A stretch of DNA of 57,993 nt from Vicinamibacterales bacterium (GCA_046598935.1 JBKJHW010000088.1:1-57993), one strand, 5' to 3'; positions 29,153 through 38,906 are shown, numbered from the stretch's first letter. Notes: generated by a model not told the origin, from the letters alone. Numbers and translations are program-made.

Positions 29153-30367
29153 ATGCATCCGCTGATTTACGACTGGAACACGGCAGACCAGACCGTCTCT
29201 AGGCGGCCCGGCGTCATGCTCGATGACGAAACGCTTCGTGACGGGCTGCAGTCGCCGTCGGTCACCTCGCCGTCAATCGACGACAAGCTGCGAATTCTGC
29301 ATTTGATCGACGCGCTCGGCATCGAGACTGCCGACGTCGGCCTGCCTGGCGCCGGCCCGCACGTTGTCGCGGACGTCGAGCGGCTCGTGTCGGAAATCGC
29401 GAGCGCGAGGCTCAAAGTCACGCCAAACTGCGCCTGCCGGACTGTGATCAGCGATATCCGGCCGATCGCCGAAATCACGCAGCGGACCGGCGTGCCGATC
29501 GAGTGCTGCACGTTCATCGGGTCCAGCCCGATCCGTCAGTATGTCGAAGACTGGACGCTCGACCGGCTTCAGCAGTTGACCGAGGAAGCGATCACGTTCG
29601 CCGTGAAGGAGGGGCTGTCGGTGATGTACGTCACCGAGGACACCACGCGTTCGGATCCGAATTCCCTGCGCCGGTTGTACTCGGCCGCGATTCGCGCAGG
29701 CGCAACGCGCCTCTGCATCGCCGACACGGTGGGGCACTCGACGCCGGAAGGCGCGGCGGCGGTGACGAAGTTTGTCGCATCAATTATCGAAGAGTGCGGC
29801 GCCACAGGGCGCGTGGGGATCGACTGGCACGGTCACCGCGACCGCGACTTCGCGATCATCAACTCGATTGCCGCCATGGACGCCGGCGCCACGCGACTTC
29901 ACGGCGCGGCGCTTGGCATCGGCGAGCGCGTCGGCAACACGCCGATGGATCTGCTGCTCGTGAACCTCGTTCTCATGGGATTGCGGACCGCGGATCTCAC
30001 TCGTCTCCCGGAGTACTGCGAAGTGACTGCCGCGGCGACGAAGACGGAAATTGCGCCGAACTACCCGGTGATCGGCCGCGACGCGTATCGGACGGCCACC
30101 GGTGTGCACGCCTCGGCGGTGATCAAAGCCTTTCGCAAGAACGACACCGTCCTGGCTGACGCTGTGTATGCGGCCGTCCCCGCGAGCCTCGTTGGCCGCG
30201 AGCAGATCATTGAAGTCGGGCCGATGTCGGGCAAGTCGAACGTGATCTATTGGCTTGAAAAGCGCGGCATCGCTGCGAGTGACGACGTCGTGGAACGCAT
30301 CTTCGCGAAAGCAAAGGGCTCCACGACGATACTGACTGAGGACGAAATCCGGACGTTACTTAAGTAG
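29153..30367 (+). CDS. DRE-TIM acyltransferase (2-isopropylmalate/homocitrate synthase-like) lacking the regulatory domain
   Basis: DETLRDGLQ, ADTVG, HGHRD and GIGERVGN motifs. Confidence 0.88.
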   Translation: MHPLIYDWNTADQTVSRRPGVMLDDETLRDGLQSPSVTSPSIDDKLRILHLIDALGIETADVGLPGAGPHVVADVERLVSEIASARLKVTPNCACRTVISDIRPIAEITQRTGVPIECCTFIGSSPIRQYVEDWTLDRLQQLTEEAITFAVKEGLSVMYVTEDTTRSDPNSLRRLYSAAIRAGATRLCIADTVGHSTPEGAAAVTKFVASIIEECGATGRVGIDWHGHRDRDFAIINSIAAMDAGATRLHGAALGIGERVGNTPMDLLLVNLVLMGLRTADLTRLPEYCEVTAAATKTEIAPNYPVIGRDAYRTATGVHASAVIKAFRKNDTVLADAVYAAVPASLVGREQIIEVGPMSGKSNVIYWLEKRGIAASDDVVERIFAKAKGSTTILTEDEIRTLLK

Positions 30368-31261
30368 GCGTTTTTCGACTTCCGGCACGGCGGCGACGAT
30401 GACGTCGCCGACGATCTGCAGACTCCGGGCGGAGACTTTGTCGATCGTGTCCTGGCCGGAGGTGTTGTGCCAGGCGGGGTAGTCGAGGTCGATGATGTCG
30501 GCCGACGGGATGCCGGCCGCGAGGAACGGCACGTGGTCGTCGGCGATCTCGGATGCCTCGTCCACGAACACCGCGCCGTAGCCCAGCGTTTTTGCCGCGG
30601 CCCAGATGACATCGACCAGCCACTTGGTCGACTGGCTCTCGCGCATGATCCGCAAATCTTTGTCGCCGACCATGTCGATGAGGATGTTCGCCTTGATTGA
30701 TGAGGTCGCGCCGGCCTTTTCCGCCGCTTGCACGTAGAAGCGGCTGCCGTAGGTGTTGTCGGGCGCGCCCGGTTTCCCGCACTCGTACCAGTCTTTGCAG
30801 AAGGCCTCTTCGCCGTCGAGCCAGACGAACTCGTAGGTAAACTCGCGCGCGCGGTCTGTGAAGACCCGCGCGAGCTCAATCAGCATCGCGGCGCTCGACG
30901 CGCCGTCACTGGCGCCGACAAACACAGAGTCCTTGATCAGCTTGGTGTCGTAGTGGCCGGTGAAGAGAATCCGCTCGGGCCGTTTGCCCGGCAGCCGGAC
31001 GATCAGATTGACCATCTCCACCTTGCCGACCGGCGTGTCGGCGACAAACGGCTGTTCCTCGACCTTGAGGCCGAGCGCGGTGATCTGACGCGTGATGTAC
31101 GCGCGCGTCTGGCGCAGTTGAGCCGACCCGGCGGGCCGTGGCCCGATGTTCACCATCGCCTGCAGGTGCGTCCACGCTTTGGCGCTATCGAACGGTGCCT
31201 GGGCGTCGAGGCAGGCGACGAAGCTGACGAGTGACAGAGCGAGAGCGGCGCAGCGTTTCAT
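30356..31261 (-). CDS. M28-family peptidase / glutaminyl cyclase-like, exported
   Basis: GHYDTK, GASDGAS, LDGEE, DMVG and DDHVPF motifs. Confidence 0.9.
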   Translation of the reverse strand: MKRCAALALSLVSFVACLDAQAPFDSAKAWTHLQAMVNIGPRPAGSAQLRQTRAYITRQITALGLKVEEQPFVADTPVGKVEMVNLIVRLPGKRPERILFTGHYDTKLIKDSVFVGASDGASSAAMLIELARVFTDRAREFTYEFVWLDGEEAFCKDWYECGKPGAPDNTYGSRFYVQAAEKAGATSSIKANILIDMVGDKDLRIMRESQSTKWLVDVIWAAAKTLGYGAVFVDEASEIADDHVPFLAAGIPSADIIDLDYPAWHNTSGQDTIDKVSARSLQIVGDVIVAAVPEVEKRLLK

Positions 31262-31467
31262 CGTTCGTCCCCACTGTCAAAATCCCCAATTTCCAAATTG
31301 CCGGACCCGGAATTCGCAATCCCGCGCTGATCAATTTCCGGTACGGCGTAGTCACCCTTCAGCCAGCGCCCGAGGTCCGCCATCTTGCAGCGTTCGCTGC
31401 AAAATGGCCGGTTCTGCTCGGTAGCAGGCTCAGCGCGGCAATAGACGCACCTGGCGGGGTCGGGCAT
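31258..31467 (-). CDS. yacG: DNA gyrase inhibitor YacG
   Basis: CVYC…[16 protein letters not shown]. Confidence 0.9.
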   Translation of the reverse strand: MPDPARCVYCRAEPATEQNRPFCSERCKMADLGRWLKGDYAVPEIDQRGIANSGSGNLEIGDFDSGDER

Positions 31468-31476
31468 GTGTCGGCG

Positions 31477-32244
31477 CTATTTTACGCCCGCGCCCGTCTT
31501 CAGGAATTCGCCGATCTGCCGGCGGAGCTCTTCCTGGATCGTGTTGACCGACCGCTTGCTGTCGATCACCCGGAACCCGAACTCATCCGCCATCGAGGTG
31601 TATTCCTTGAGCAGGTTGCGCTGGTAGGCGCGGAAGCTCTCGTAGATGTCGTCCCCGGCTTTCATGTCCATGCCGGATTCCCAGTAGTCCATGCCGCCGC
31701 GTTCGAGCACGCGACGCGCGAGGGTGTCGGCGTCGATTTTCAAATAGAACGTCAGATGCGGCGCGATCGCAAAGCCGTAGATGTTGCGGATCCACTGGCG
31801 GTCGATGCCGCGAACACCGGCGCGCGCGATCGCCGTGAAAATGTAGCGATCGGCCAGCACGATGAAGCCCGCCTTGAGGGCCGGCACGATTTCCTTTTCG
31901 AGACGGTCCGCGAAGTCGCAGGCGTAGAGCAGTGTGAACGTCAGCTTGTTGAGCGTGTTGCTGGCCTTCGCCAGCTCGATTGTCGGCGCCATGAGCGGCG
32001 AGCGCGTCAACCCTGTTTCGATCACGCCGTAGCCCTGTACTTCGAGCCACTCGCGCAGCAGCGTAATCTGCGTCGTCCGGCCGATGCCGTCGGTGCCTTC
32101 GATCGCGATGAGCTTGCCCGGATAGTTGTCGATCGGCAGGTACGGCAGGCCATGCCCGTAATACGAGCCGGGTTTGACGCCGCCATGCGCGCCGCGCTCG
32201 ATCTCGGCGGTCGTCGCGTGTGACTGAACAGCTTCGAGGGCCAT
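31477..32244 (-). CDS. Thymidylate-kinase-fold protein, paralog 2, with variant P-loop GTDGIGRTT
   Basis: LIAIEGTDGIGRTT, ADRY and WESGMD motifs. Confidence 0.88.
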   Translation of the reverse strand: MALEAVQSHATTAEIERGAHGGVKPGSYYGHGLPYLPIDNYPGKLIAIEGTDGIGRTTQITLLREWLEVQGYGVIETGLTRSPLMAPTIELAKASNTLNKLTFTLLYACDFADRLEKEIVPALKAGFIVLADRYIFTAIARAGVRGIDRQWIRNIYGFAIAPHLTFYLKIDADTLARRVLERGGMDYWESGMDMKAGDDIYESFRAYQRNLLKEYTSMADEFGFRVIDSKRSVNTIQEELRRQIGEFLKTGAGVK

Positions 32245-32247
32245 TGC

Positions 32248-32952
32248 TTACTCCTTCACCTTGGAGGACGATTCGCCCTCGGACTCTTCGCCGGCCATCA
32301 CGCGCGATACCATTTCACGGAAGACGCGCTGCTGATCGGTGATGCTGCCGGACGCGTCGATCACGCTCAGCCCGAACTCCTTCACCTGTGCGTCGTATTC
32401 GTCGAGCACCTTGGTCTGGAACAGCCTGAAGCTCTCGACCGGGTTGTTGCTCCAGCCCATGTCCATGCCGGCCTCGTAAAACTTCAACTTCACGCGGCGC
32501 GCGAGCAGCCGGTCGAGCGAGACGTCGATCGGCACTTTGAAGTAGACGGCCAGGTCGGGCCGCACCGCAAAGCTGTAGAGATCGCGCACCCATTCGCGAT
32601 CGCAGCCGCGCGCGACGTCGCGGGCAAACGCCGTGTAGCTGTAGCGGTCGGCGAGGACGATCATGCCGGCTTTGAGCGGCGGCACGATGCGGTAGAGCAG
32701 CCGGTCGGCGAAGTCGGTCGCATGCAGCAGACTGAACGTCATCGGCGTCAGCGAGTTTTTCTTTTTGCCGGTCTTCGTCGCGGCCTTCACGAGAACGGAG
32801 GAATTCCACTCCGTCACGAAAACGCGGTGGCCGGCGGCGCTGAGCCACTTGGCCAGGAGCGCGAGCTGGGTCGTTTTACCTGACCCGTCGATGCCCTCGA
32901 CGACGAACAGTTTTCCGGGATACGTGTGCGGTGTGATGAGCGTGTTTAGCAT
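32248..32952 (-). CDS. Thymidylate-kinase-fold protein, paralog 1, with canonical P-loop
   Basis: VVEGIDGSGKTT, ADRY and YEAGMD motifs; ATG at 32952. Confidence 0.9.
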   Translation of the reverse strand: MLNTLITPHTYPGKLFVVEGIDGSGKTTQLALLAKWLSAAGHRVFVTEWNSSVLVKAATKTGKKKNSLTPMTFSLLHATDFADRLLYRIVPPLKAGMIVLADRYSYTAFARDVARGCDREWVRDLYSFAVRPDLAVYFKVPIDVSLDRLLARRVKLKFYEAGMDMGWSNNPVESFRLFQTKVLDEYDAQVKEFGLSVIDASGSITDQQRVFREMVSRVMAGEESEGESSSKVKE

Positions 32953-34549
32953 GCTTGCGTTTGCCTTTTCTCTTGACCCGGCCCTTCGGGGCCTTAACCT
33001 GACTCTTACCGGACGCGGGACGAACGTCAAATGTTATTGGGTGACCAATCAGTTCCGAGAGCACTGCGGCGTGCCGATCCGCCGCCCAGATCTCGAGTTC
33101 CGCGTCACCCGTGGTGCGGACCTCGATTTTCCAGGGCTTGCCGGGCTTTGTCGCCGCCTTCACCCGCAGGCGCGAGATCACCTGCGAGTGGCTGCGCTCG
33201 AGCCCTTCAGCCAGGCGAAGAATCGCGCCCAGCATCCGGACGGTCTCCCGCTCACGACCGGGCAGCGTGCTGAACCCGGCGTGAGAGCGTCGCGGCGGCG
33301 TCTGCCGATGGTACCGCGAAATCAGCGCGATGATCTCGATCTCGCGCGGCTCGAACCCGCGCAGCCCGCCGTTCTTGATCAGGTAATACGAATGCTTGTG
33401 ATGCCGTTCGTAGCTGATATGGATGCCGATGTCGTGCAGCAGCGATGCATATTCCAGCCACTCGCGCGCATCGGCGCCGAGCGAGTGCTGCGCGGTGGTC
33501 TGATCGAAGATCTGGAGCGCCAGCTTCGCCACTTGCCGCGAATGATCGGCGAGGTAATTGCACCGCTCGCCGAGCTCAACGACGCTGCGGCGCCGGACAT
33601 CAGGGTAGCGCTCGATCTGCTGGATGTGCGCGCGGTTCCGCTTGATGTAATCGAGGATCAGCCCCTCGCGCAACGCGTAGTCGCACAGCGTGATCTCATC
33701 CGCGCCGAGCTCTTCGACCAGTGTGTCGAGCAGCACCGCGCCGGCCACGGCCAAGTCGGCGCGCTTTGGATCGAGACCGGGCATCTTCAGCCGCTCCACG
33801 AGGGTCGTGCCGGTCAGTTGACGGCGAAGCCGATGGAGTGCCTTCGCGCTCACGCGCAGATTGCGGACGCCGTCTGGCGCCCGCCGGCCGCGCGCCAGTT
33901 CGCCGAGCGTCAGAATGGTGCCCGAGGTCCCGATCACGCGCTCGAATCCGGCCTTTCGAATCTTCCGGAGCGGCTCGTGCGCGTCCCGGCGGATCGCTTT
34001 CGTCATGCGCCGCTCGTCGCGGCGCGAGAGCGGATCCGTGCGGATGAACTTGTCGGCCAATCGGATGACACCGAGCTTGAAACTCTTGCCGACGTGCATG
34101 CGCGCGGCCGTCCCCTGCGTCACCTCGACGCTGCCGCCGCCAATGTCGATGACGACGCCGACCCGCGAGCCGATACCGGTGGCGTAGGCGGCGGCCAGGT
34201 GAATCAGGCGCGCTTCTTCGGATCCGGAAATCACCCGGACGCGAATGCCCGTCGTCCGCTGCACATCGGCGATGAAGTCGCCGCCGTTTCTCGATTCGCG
34301 CACGGCGCTCGTGGCGGTCGCAATGATCTCGTCGACGCCGCGTGACTCGGCGAGGCGCCGGAATTTGGCGAGCGTCTGCAATGCGTTCGCCATCGCGGTC
34401 TGGGTGAGCCGCCCGCCTTCGAGGCCTCCGGCACCGAGCCGGACCATGTCTTTTTCCCGATCCACGACCTCAAACGACAGGTCGGGACGCACACGCACGA
34501 CGATCATGTGCACGGAATTGGTCCCGATGTCGATGGCCGCAAGTTGCAT
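32876..34549 (-). CDS. ppx: Ppx/GppA exopolyphosphatase with HD domain and basic tail
   Basis: AIDIGTNS, ATSAVRE, DIGGGSVE, ALREG and LLHDIG motifs. Confidence 0.95.
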   Translation of the reverse strand: MQLAAIDIGTNSVHMIVVRVRPDLSFEVVDREKDMVRLGAGGLEGGRLTQTAMANALQTLAKFRRLAESRGVDEIIATATSAVRESRNGGDFIADVQRTTGIRVRVISGSEEARLIHLAAAYATGIGSRVGVVIDIGGGSVEVTQGTAARMHVGKSFKLGVIRLADKFIRTDPLSRRDERRMTKAIRRDAHEPLRKIRKAGFERVIGTSGTILTLGELARGRRAPDGVRNLRVSAKALHRLRRQLTGTTLVERLKMPGLDPKRADLAVAGAVLLDTLVEELGADEITLCDYALREGLILDYIKRNRAHIQQIERYPDVRRRSVVELGERCNYLADHSRQVAKLALQIFDQTTAQHSLGADAREWLEYASLLHDIGIHISYERHHKHSYYLIKNGGLRGFEPREIEIIALISRYHRQTPPRRSHAGFSTLPGRERETVRMLGAILRLAEGLERSHSQVISRLRVKAATKPGKPWKIEVRTTGDAELEIWAADRHAAVLSELIGHPITFDVRPASGKSQVKAPKGRVKRKGKRKHAKHAHHTAHVSRKTVRRRGHRRVR

Positions 34550-34560
34550 CGAATGTGTGC

Positions 34561-34576
34561 TTTACCGTGCTGTTAC
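34561..34576. promoter_or_regulatory. PHO-box-like 11-bp direct repeat between ppx and the CHAD gene
   Basis: TTTAC-cgtgct-GTTAC (GTAAC-N6-GTAAA on the minus strand). Confidence 0.5.
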
Positions 34577-34620
34577 GTCCAGAAGAGTCACAGTTGCGGC
34601 ATGCTAGCACGTGAGGTTTC

Positions 34621-35427
34621 ATGGACCTGTTGCACTTAGTGACACCCCGTGCCGACCGGCTCCTGTCGCACGTACGGGGAGCGCAGGATGGCGATGCGCG
34701 TCACACACATCAGGCGCGCGTATCGGCGCGCCGACTCGCGGAAGTGCTGGCCCTCACCGCAAACGCCGGCAAGCGGCTCGATCGCGACGTGCGCAGCCTG
34801 CGCCGGGCGCTCGGCGCGACACGCGAGCTGGACGTCGCGCGGATGATCTTCGATCAGGCGGCGCTCGCGCACACGTGGTCGAAGGACGCCGAAGCGCGGG
34901 TCCGCAAGTTCATCAGCCTCGAACGCGCGCGTCGCCACGACAAAGTCAAAGGCACGCTGGCGAACGTCAGCGTTTCGCGGCTGCGGCGCCGAATCCAGGA
35001 GGTCGGGGGGTATGCCGACGGCGTGCCCGCTCCGAAAGTGGCCGTTCGGATCCGGAAGAGAGTCACCGCGCGAGACAAGGAACTGGCCCAGGCCATCAAG
35101 CGGGCAGGCGCCACCTACAACATCGACAAGCTCCACGATGTCCGGCTTGCCGTGAAGAAGCTCCGGTATACGCTTGAGGTAGCGCAGGATGCCCTCGGCC
35201 GGCGCTGGACGAATCGGATCGCGGCCCTGAAAATCCAACAGGCGCGGCTCGGAGATCTCCACGACCTGCAAGTCCTGGTCGGGCACATCCGGGTGCTCGA
35301 GAGCGAACTGGTGGGCCACCGGGGCCCGGTGGCCGAAGCGCTGGCCGTAATCCGGCGCGACCTCGATGTCGAGTCGAGACGGTTGCACGGTCATTGGCTG
35401 AAACAGACGAAGACGAAAGGGATGTGA
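34621..35427 (+). CDS. CHAD-domain (polyphosphate-binding) protein
   Basis: HQARVSARRL, LGATRELDV, LHDVRLAVKKLRYTLE and LGDLHD motifs. Confidence 0.92.
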   Translation: MDLLHLVTPRADRLLSHVRGAQDGDARHTHQARVSARRLAEVLALTANAGKRLDRDVRSLRRALGATRELDVARMIFDQAALAHTWSKDAEARVRKFISLERARRHDKVKGTLANVSVSRLRRRIQEVGGYADGVPAPKVAVRIRKRVTARDKELAQAIKRAGATYNIDKLHDVRLAVKKLRYTLEVAQDALGRRWTNRIAALKIQQARLGDLHDLQVLVGHIRVLESELVGHRGPVAEALAVIRRDLDVESRRLHGHWLKQTKTKGM

Positions 35428-35930
35428 TGGTGCGCCTGTATCTGGTCCGGCACGCGATTGCGAGCGAGCGGGACGACACGAAGTGGCCTGACGACGACAA
35501 GCGTCCGCTGACGCACAAGGGCACGGCGCGCATGCGCGAGATCGTCCAGGGTCTTCAGGAGCTCGACGTCGACCTGGACCTCGTGATCACGAGCCCGTTG
35601 GTCCGGGCCAAGCAGACCGCCGACCTGATCCTCGCCGGATGGCCGGATGCCCCGGACCTGGTGGTGAACGACGCGTTGGCGCCCGCGGGCTCGCCCGCCG
35701 CCGTCGCTGAAGTGCTGTCGCGCCACACCAAGCTCAAGAACATTGCGCTGGTCGGCCATGAGCCGAACATGGGGGACCTGGCGGCGTTCCTCATTGGCGC
35801 CCGGGCGCCGTTGCCGTTCAAGAAGGGCGGCGTGGCCTGCATCGAAATGCCGACGCTGCCCGTGGTCGGGCCAGGCCAGCTGGCCTGGCACGCGACGCCC
35901 AAGATGCTGCGCGCGCTGGTCGATTTGTAG
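35427..35930 (+). CDS. sixA: Phosphohistidine phosphatase SixA
   Basis: LYLVRHA, RPLT, SPLVRAKQTA and LVGHEP motifs. Confidence 0.92.
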   Translation: MVRLYLVRHAIASERDDTKWPDDDKRPLTHKGTARMREIVQGLQELDVDLDLVITSPLVRAKQTADLILAGWPDAPDLVVNDALAPAGSPAAVAEVLSRHTKLKNIALVGHEPNMGDLAAFLIGARAPLPFKKGGVACIEMPTLPVVGPGQLAWHATPKMLRALVDL

Positions 35931-35953
35931 AGACGCTTCGGCGCTGTTGCGCG

Positions 35954-37210
35954 CTAGACGACGGTTCCGTTTTTCACAACGCCGCCTTTGGGCACAATGA
36001 TGATGCCCGAGCGGATGTGATACCCGTCGCCGTCGGCGTGCTGAATTCCCCGCTCGTTCACCAGCACCACGTCGTCGCCGATGCGCGCGTTCTTGTCGAC
36101 AATTACGCGGTCGAGCACGGCGTTCTTGCCGACGCCCATGGGGATGTCGCCGAAGGATTCCTCGTAAAAGTCGGCGCCAAGCAGCACGGATCTCGAGATC
36201 TTCGCGTTCGGCCGCACGACAGTGCGGATGCCGACGACGGAGTTCGCAATGGCGCAGTCGTTGTCGATGTAGCAGCCCTCCGAGATCAGCGTTTCTTCGA
36301 TCACACTTTTATGGATCTGCGTGGCCGGCAGAAAGCGCGGCCGCGTATAGATCGGGCGTGTCGGATGGAAGAAATTAAACGGGGCGCCGTGCTGCGTGAG
36401 CATCAGGTTCGCGTCGTAGAAGGACGACACTGTTCCGACGTCGGCCCAATAGCCGTTGTAGAGGTGCGCGTTCACGCGATGCGATGAGAGCGCGTGCGGG
36501 ATGATCTCGCGGCCGAAGTCGATGGCGCGGTCGCGCGCGAGCACCTCGTGCAGGACATCGCGCGAGAACACATAGATGCCCATTGACGCGATGAACGGCT
36601 TGTCGGCGGTCATGTGGCGCGTGAGCGGCCCGGCCGGCACGCTCGTGCGCATTTCGCCGAGCCGCGCGGGCGAGGGCTTCTCGTCGAATCCGGAAATGTG
36701 GCCGCCGCCGTCAAACCGGAAAATGCCCATCTGCGTCGCGTCGTCTGGCGTCACGGGTTGCGCGGCGATGGTGATGTCGGCGCCGCGCTCGATGTGCGCG
36801 TTGATCAGCTCGGCGAAGTCCATGCGGAAGATGTGATCGCCGGCAAGGATCAGGTAGTACTCGGCGTCGGCCTGGCCGAAGTGTCGGGTCGCCTGGCGCA
36901 CGGCGTCGGCCGTGCCCTGGAACCACTGTTCGCCCTCCGGAGTTTGCTCGGCCGCGATGACTTCGACGAATCCGCTGGAGAACAGATCGAGCCGGTACGT
37001 TTGGGAGATGTGGCGGTTCAACGACGCCGAGTTGAACTGCGTCAGGATATAAATTCGCTTCAGTCCCGCGTGGAGGCAGTTGCTGATCGGGATGTCGATC
37101 AGGCGGTACTTGCCGCCGATCGGGACGGCGGGCTTGGATCTCAGATGCGTCAGCGGGAAGAGGCGCGTGCCGCGCCCTCCGCCGAGGATGATCGTCAGAA
37201 CGTCGTTCAC
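35954..37210 (-). CDS. glgC: Glucose-1-phosphate adenylyltransferase
   Basis: GGGRGTRLFPLT..RSKPAVPIGGKYRLID, WFQGTADAV and ASMGIY motifs. Confidence 0.97.
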   Translation of the reverse strand: MNDVLTIILGGGRGTRLFPLTHLRSKPAVPIGGKYRLIDIPISNCLHAGLKRIYILTQFNSASLNRHISQTYRLDLFSSGFVEVIAAEQTPEGEQWFQGTADAVRQATRHFGQADAEYYLILAGDHIFRMDFAELINAHIERGADITIAAQPVTPDDATQMGIFRFDGGGHISGFDEKPSPARLGEMRTSVPAGPLTRHMTADKPFIASMGIYVFSRDVLHEVLARDRAIDFGREIIPHALSSHRVNAHLYNGYWADVGTVSSFYDANLMLTQHGAPFNFFHPTRPIYTRPRFLPATQIHKSVIEETLISEGCYIDNDCAIANSVVGIRTVVRPNAKISRSVLLGADFYEESFGDIPMGVGKNAVLDRVIVDKNARIGDDVVLVNERGIQHADGDGYHIRSGIIIVPKGGVVKNGTVV

Positions 37211-37893
37211 GGAGGGATTCTATTCGAGGCGGCTGGCCGCAGCCAGCGCGTCGCCGCAAATCCGGATGCTGTGCCAACGATTTGCGCCATGAGAAATGGC
37301 GCCACGTCGATCGGGCGGATTCCGGCAAATGAGTCTGTGAAGGCCCGGGCGATCGTGACGGCCGGATTCGCGAAGGATGTCGACGACGTGAACCAGTAGG
37401 CGGAAGCGATGTAGGCGCCAACCGCCACGGCCGAAGCGGCCTGGCTCACTCGCGAGGCTCCAGCGATAACAATCAACAAGCCGAATGTGGCGACGCCTTC
37501 GGAAAACCACAGCGCCCATCCACTGCGGGCATCCGATGAAACCTGCAGAACGGGTACGCCGAACATCACGTGCGCGACAACAATACCCGCGAGGCCGCCG
37601 GCGACTTGCGCGAGGACGTACGCCATCAGCTCTCGCGCCGGCAGCCGCCCGCTGAGAAACTCCGACAGGCTCACGGCCGGATTGAACTGCGCGGAGATGT
37701 CGCCGAACGCAAAAATCAAGGCGGCGAGCACGGCGCCGGTCGCGAGGCTGTTGGCCAAGAGGACCATGCCGATGTTCCCCGCAAACAGCCGGCCGGCCAT
37801 GATTCCGGAGCCGACCACACAACAGACGAGGAGCGCCGTGCCGACACCCTCGGCCGTCACCCGGCGGGAAAGCGTTGCCGCTGTGTGCGTCAT
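37207..37893 (-). CDS. MIP/aquaporin-family channel of the arsenic-associated type
   Basis: Two NPA motifs; AYWFTSSTSFANPAVT; directly follows arsC. Confidence 0.9.
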   Translation of the reverse strand: MTHTAATLSRRVTAEGVGTALLVCCVVGSGIMAGRLFAGNIGMVLLANSLATGAVLAALIFAFGDISAQFNPAVSLSEFLSGRLPARELMAYVLAQVAGGLAGIVVAHVMFGVPVLQVSSDARSGWALWFSEGVATFGLLIVIAGASRVSQAASAVAVGAYIASAYWFTSSTSFANPAVTIARAFTDSFAGIRPIDVAPFLMAQIVGTASGFAATRWLRPAASNRIPP

Positions 37894-38336
37894 GCTTGTG
37901 TTGGGTGCGGCGAGAGCTTCGCCTGAACATCGGGCCGCGCGAGCCAGGCGATGAGGCGCTCATTAATTTGCGTCGCAACTGCTTCGAACGTGGCGCGCAG
38001 CACAGTGTCGCTCGCCGCGGCCGGATCTTCAAAGCTCCAGCGAATGCGCTCGGAACGGCCGGGAAAGACCGGGCAAGTTTCAGCGGCGTGATCGCACACG
38101 GTGATCACATAGTCGAAATGCCGGCCGGCGAACTGATCCACGTTCTTCGGAAACTGTCCGGCCATGTTGAGACCGAACAGCCGCAACGCCGTTTCGCGAG
38201 CGAGAGGATGAATCTCCGGTTGTGGGTGCGTCCCTGCACTGGCGATGTCGGCGGTGCCGTTCGTCAGGTGTCGCAAGATCGCTTCCGCCATCTGGGATCG
38301 CGCGGAGTTTCCGGTGCAAAGAATCAGGACTCTCAT
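37890..38336 (-). CDS. arsC: Arsenate reductase (LMW-PTP fold, thioredoxin-coupled type)
   Basis: CTGNSARSQMAE, VITVCDHAAETCP and FEDP motifs. Confidence 0.9.
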   Translation of the reverse strand: MRVLILCTGNSARSQMAEAILRHLTNGTADIASAGTHPQPEIHPLARETALRLFGLNMAGQFPKNVDQFAGRHFDYVITVCDHAAETCPVFPGRSERIRWSFEDPAAASDTVLRATFEAVATQINERLIAWLARPDVQAKLSPHPTQA

Positions 38337-38386
38337 AGGGTCAGGCTGTGGCGCCCATCGTAGCGCGTGAGGGGGACCGCCAGCCG

Positions 38387-38881
38387 CTATTCGACGAAGC
38401 GGTATCCGAGGCCGACGACTGTTTCGATCGGCGAACCGGCGGCGCCGAGCTTGGCTCGCAGGCGGCCGACGTGGACATCGACCGAACGGGTCTCGACCTC
38501 GCGGTCGTAGCCCCATACCCGCTCAAGGAGGCGGTCCCGGGACATCACCCGGTTTCGGTTCTCGACGAGGAATTTCAGCAGTTCGAATTCGCGGCGGGTG
38601 AGTTTGATGCGTTCGGCGTCCACGCTGACCGCCACTGCGTCGAAGTCCGCCCGAAGGTGTTTCCCTTCGTAGACCGCCGCGGCGCCGTCGTCGGCTAGGT
38701 TCAGGTCCAGGATGAGCAGGTCTGGGGCTGAATCGTTGACCGCCTTCAGGGCCTCGTCGCCGGAACCGACGATGCTGACCTCGGCGTTTCCGGCGCGTTC
38801 CAGAGTGTGTTTAATGAGGCCGGCGATGTCGGATTCGTCCTCAAGGACCCGGATACGGGTGGGTGCGGGCACGAGCGCCAC
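38387..38881 (-). pseudogene. PhoB/OmpR-family regulator with an in-frame deletion of about 70 aa in the receiver
   Basis: …DLLILDLNL joins directly to ADDGAAAVYEG…; intact wHTH (LTRREFELL, TRSVDVHVGRLRAKL, VGLGYRF). Confidence 0.8.
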
Positions 38882-38906
38882 AGTAGGGCGGCCAAATTGC
38901 CCGCCC

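Noticed and set aside
35954-37893. glgC as an obligate member of the arsC-aquaporin operon
   Set aside because: Despite the 4-bp overlap, glgC has its own TAGAAT 6 nt before its GTG start, so the adjacency may be incidental.
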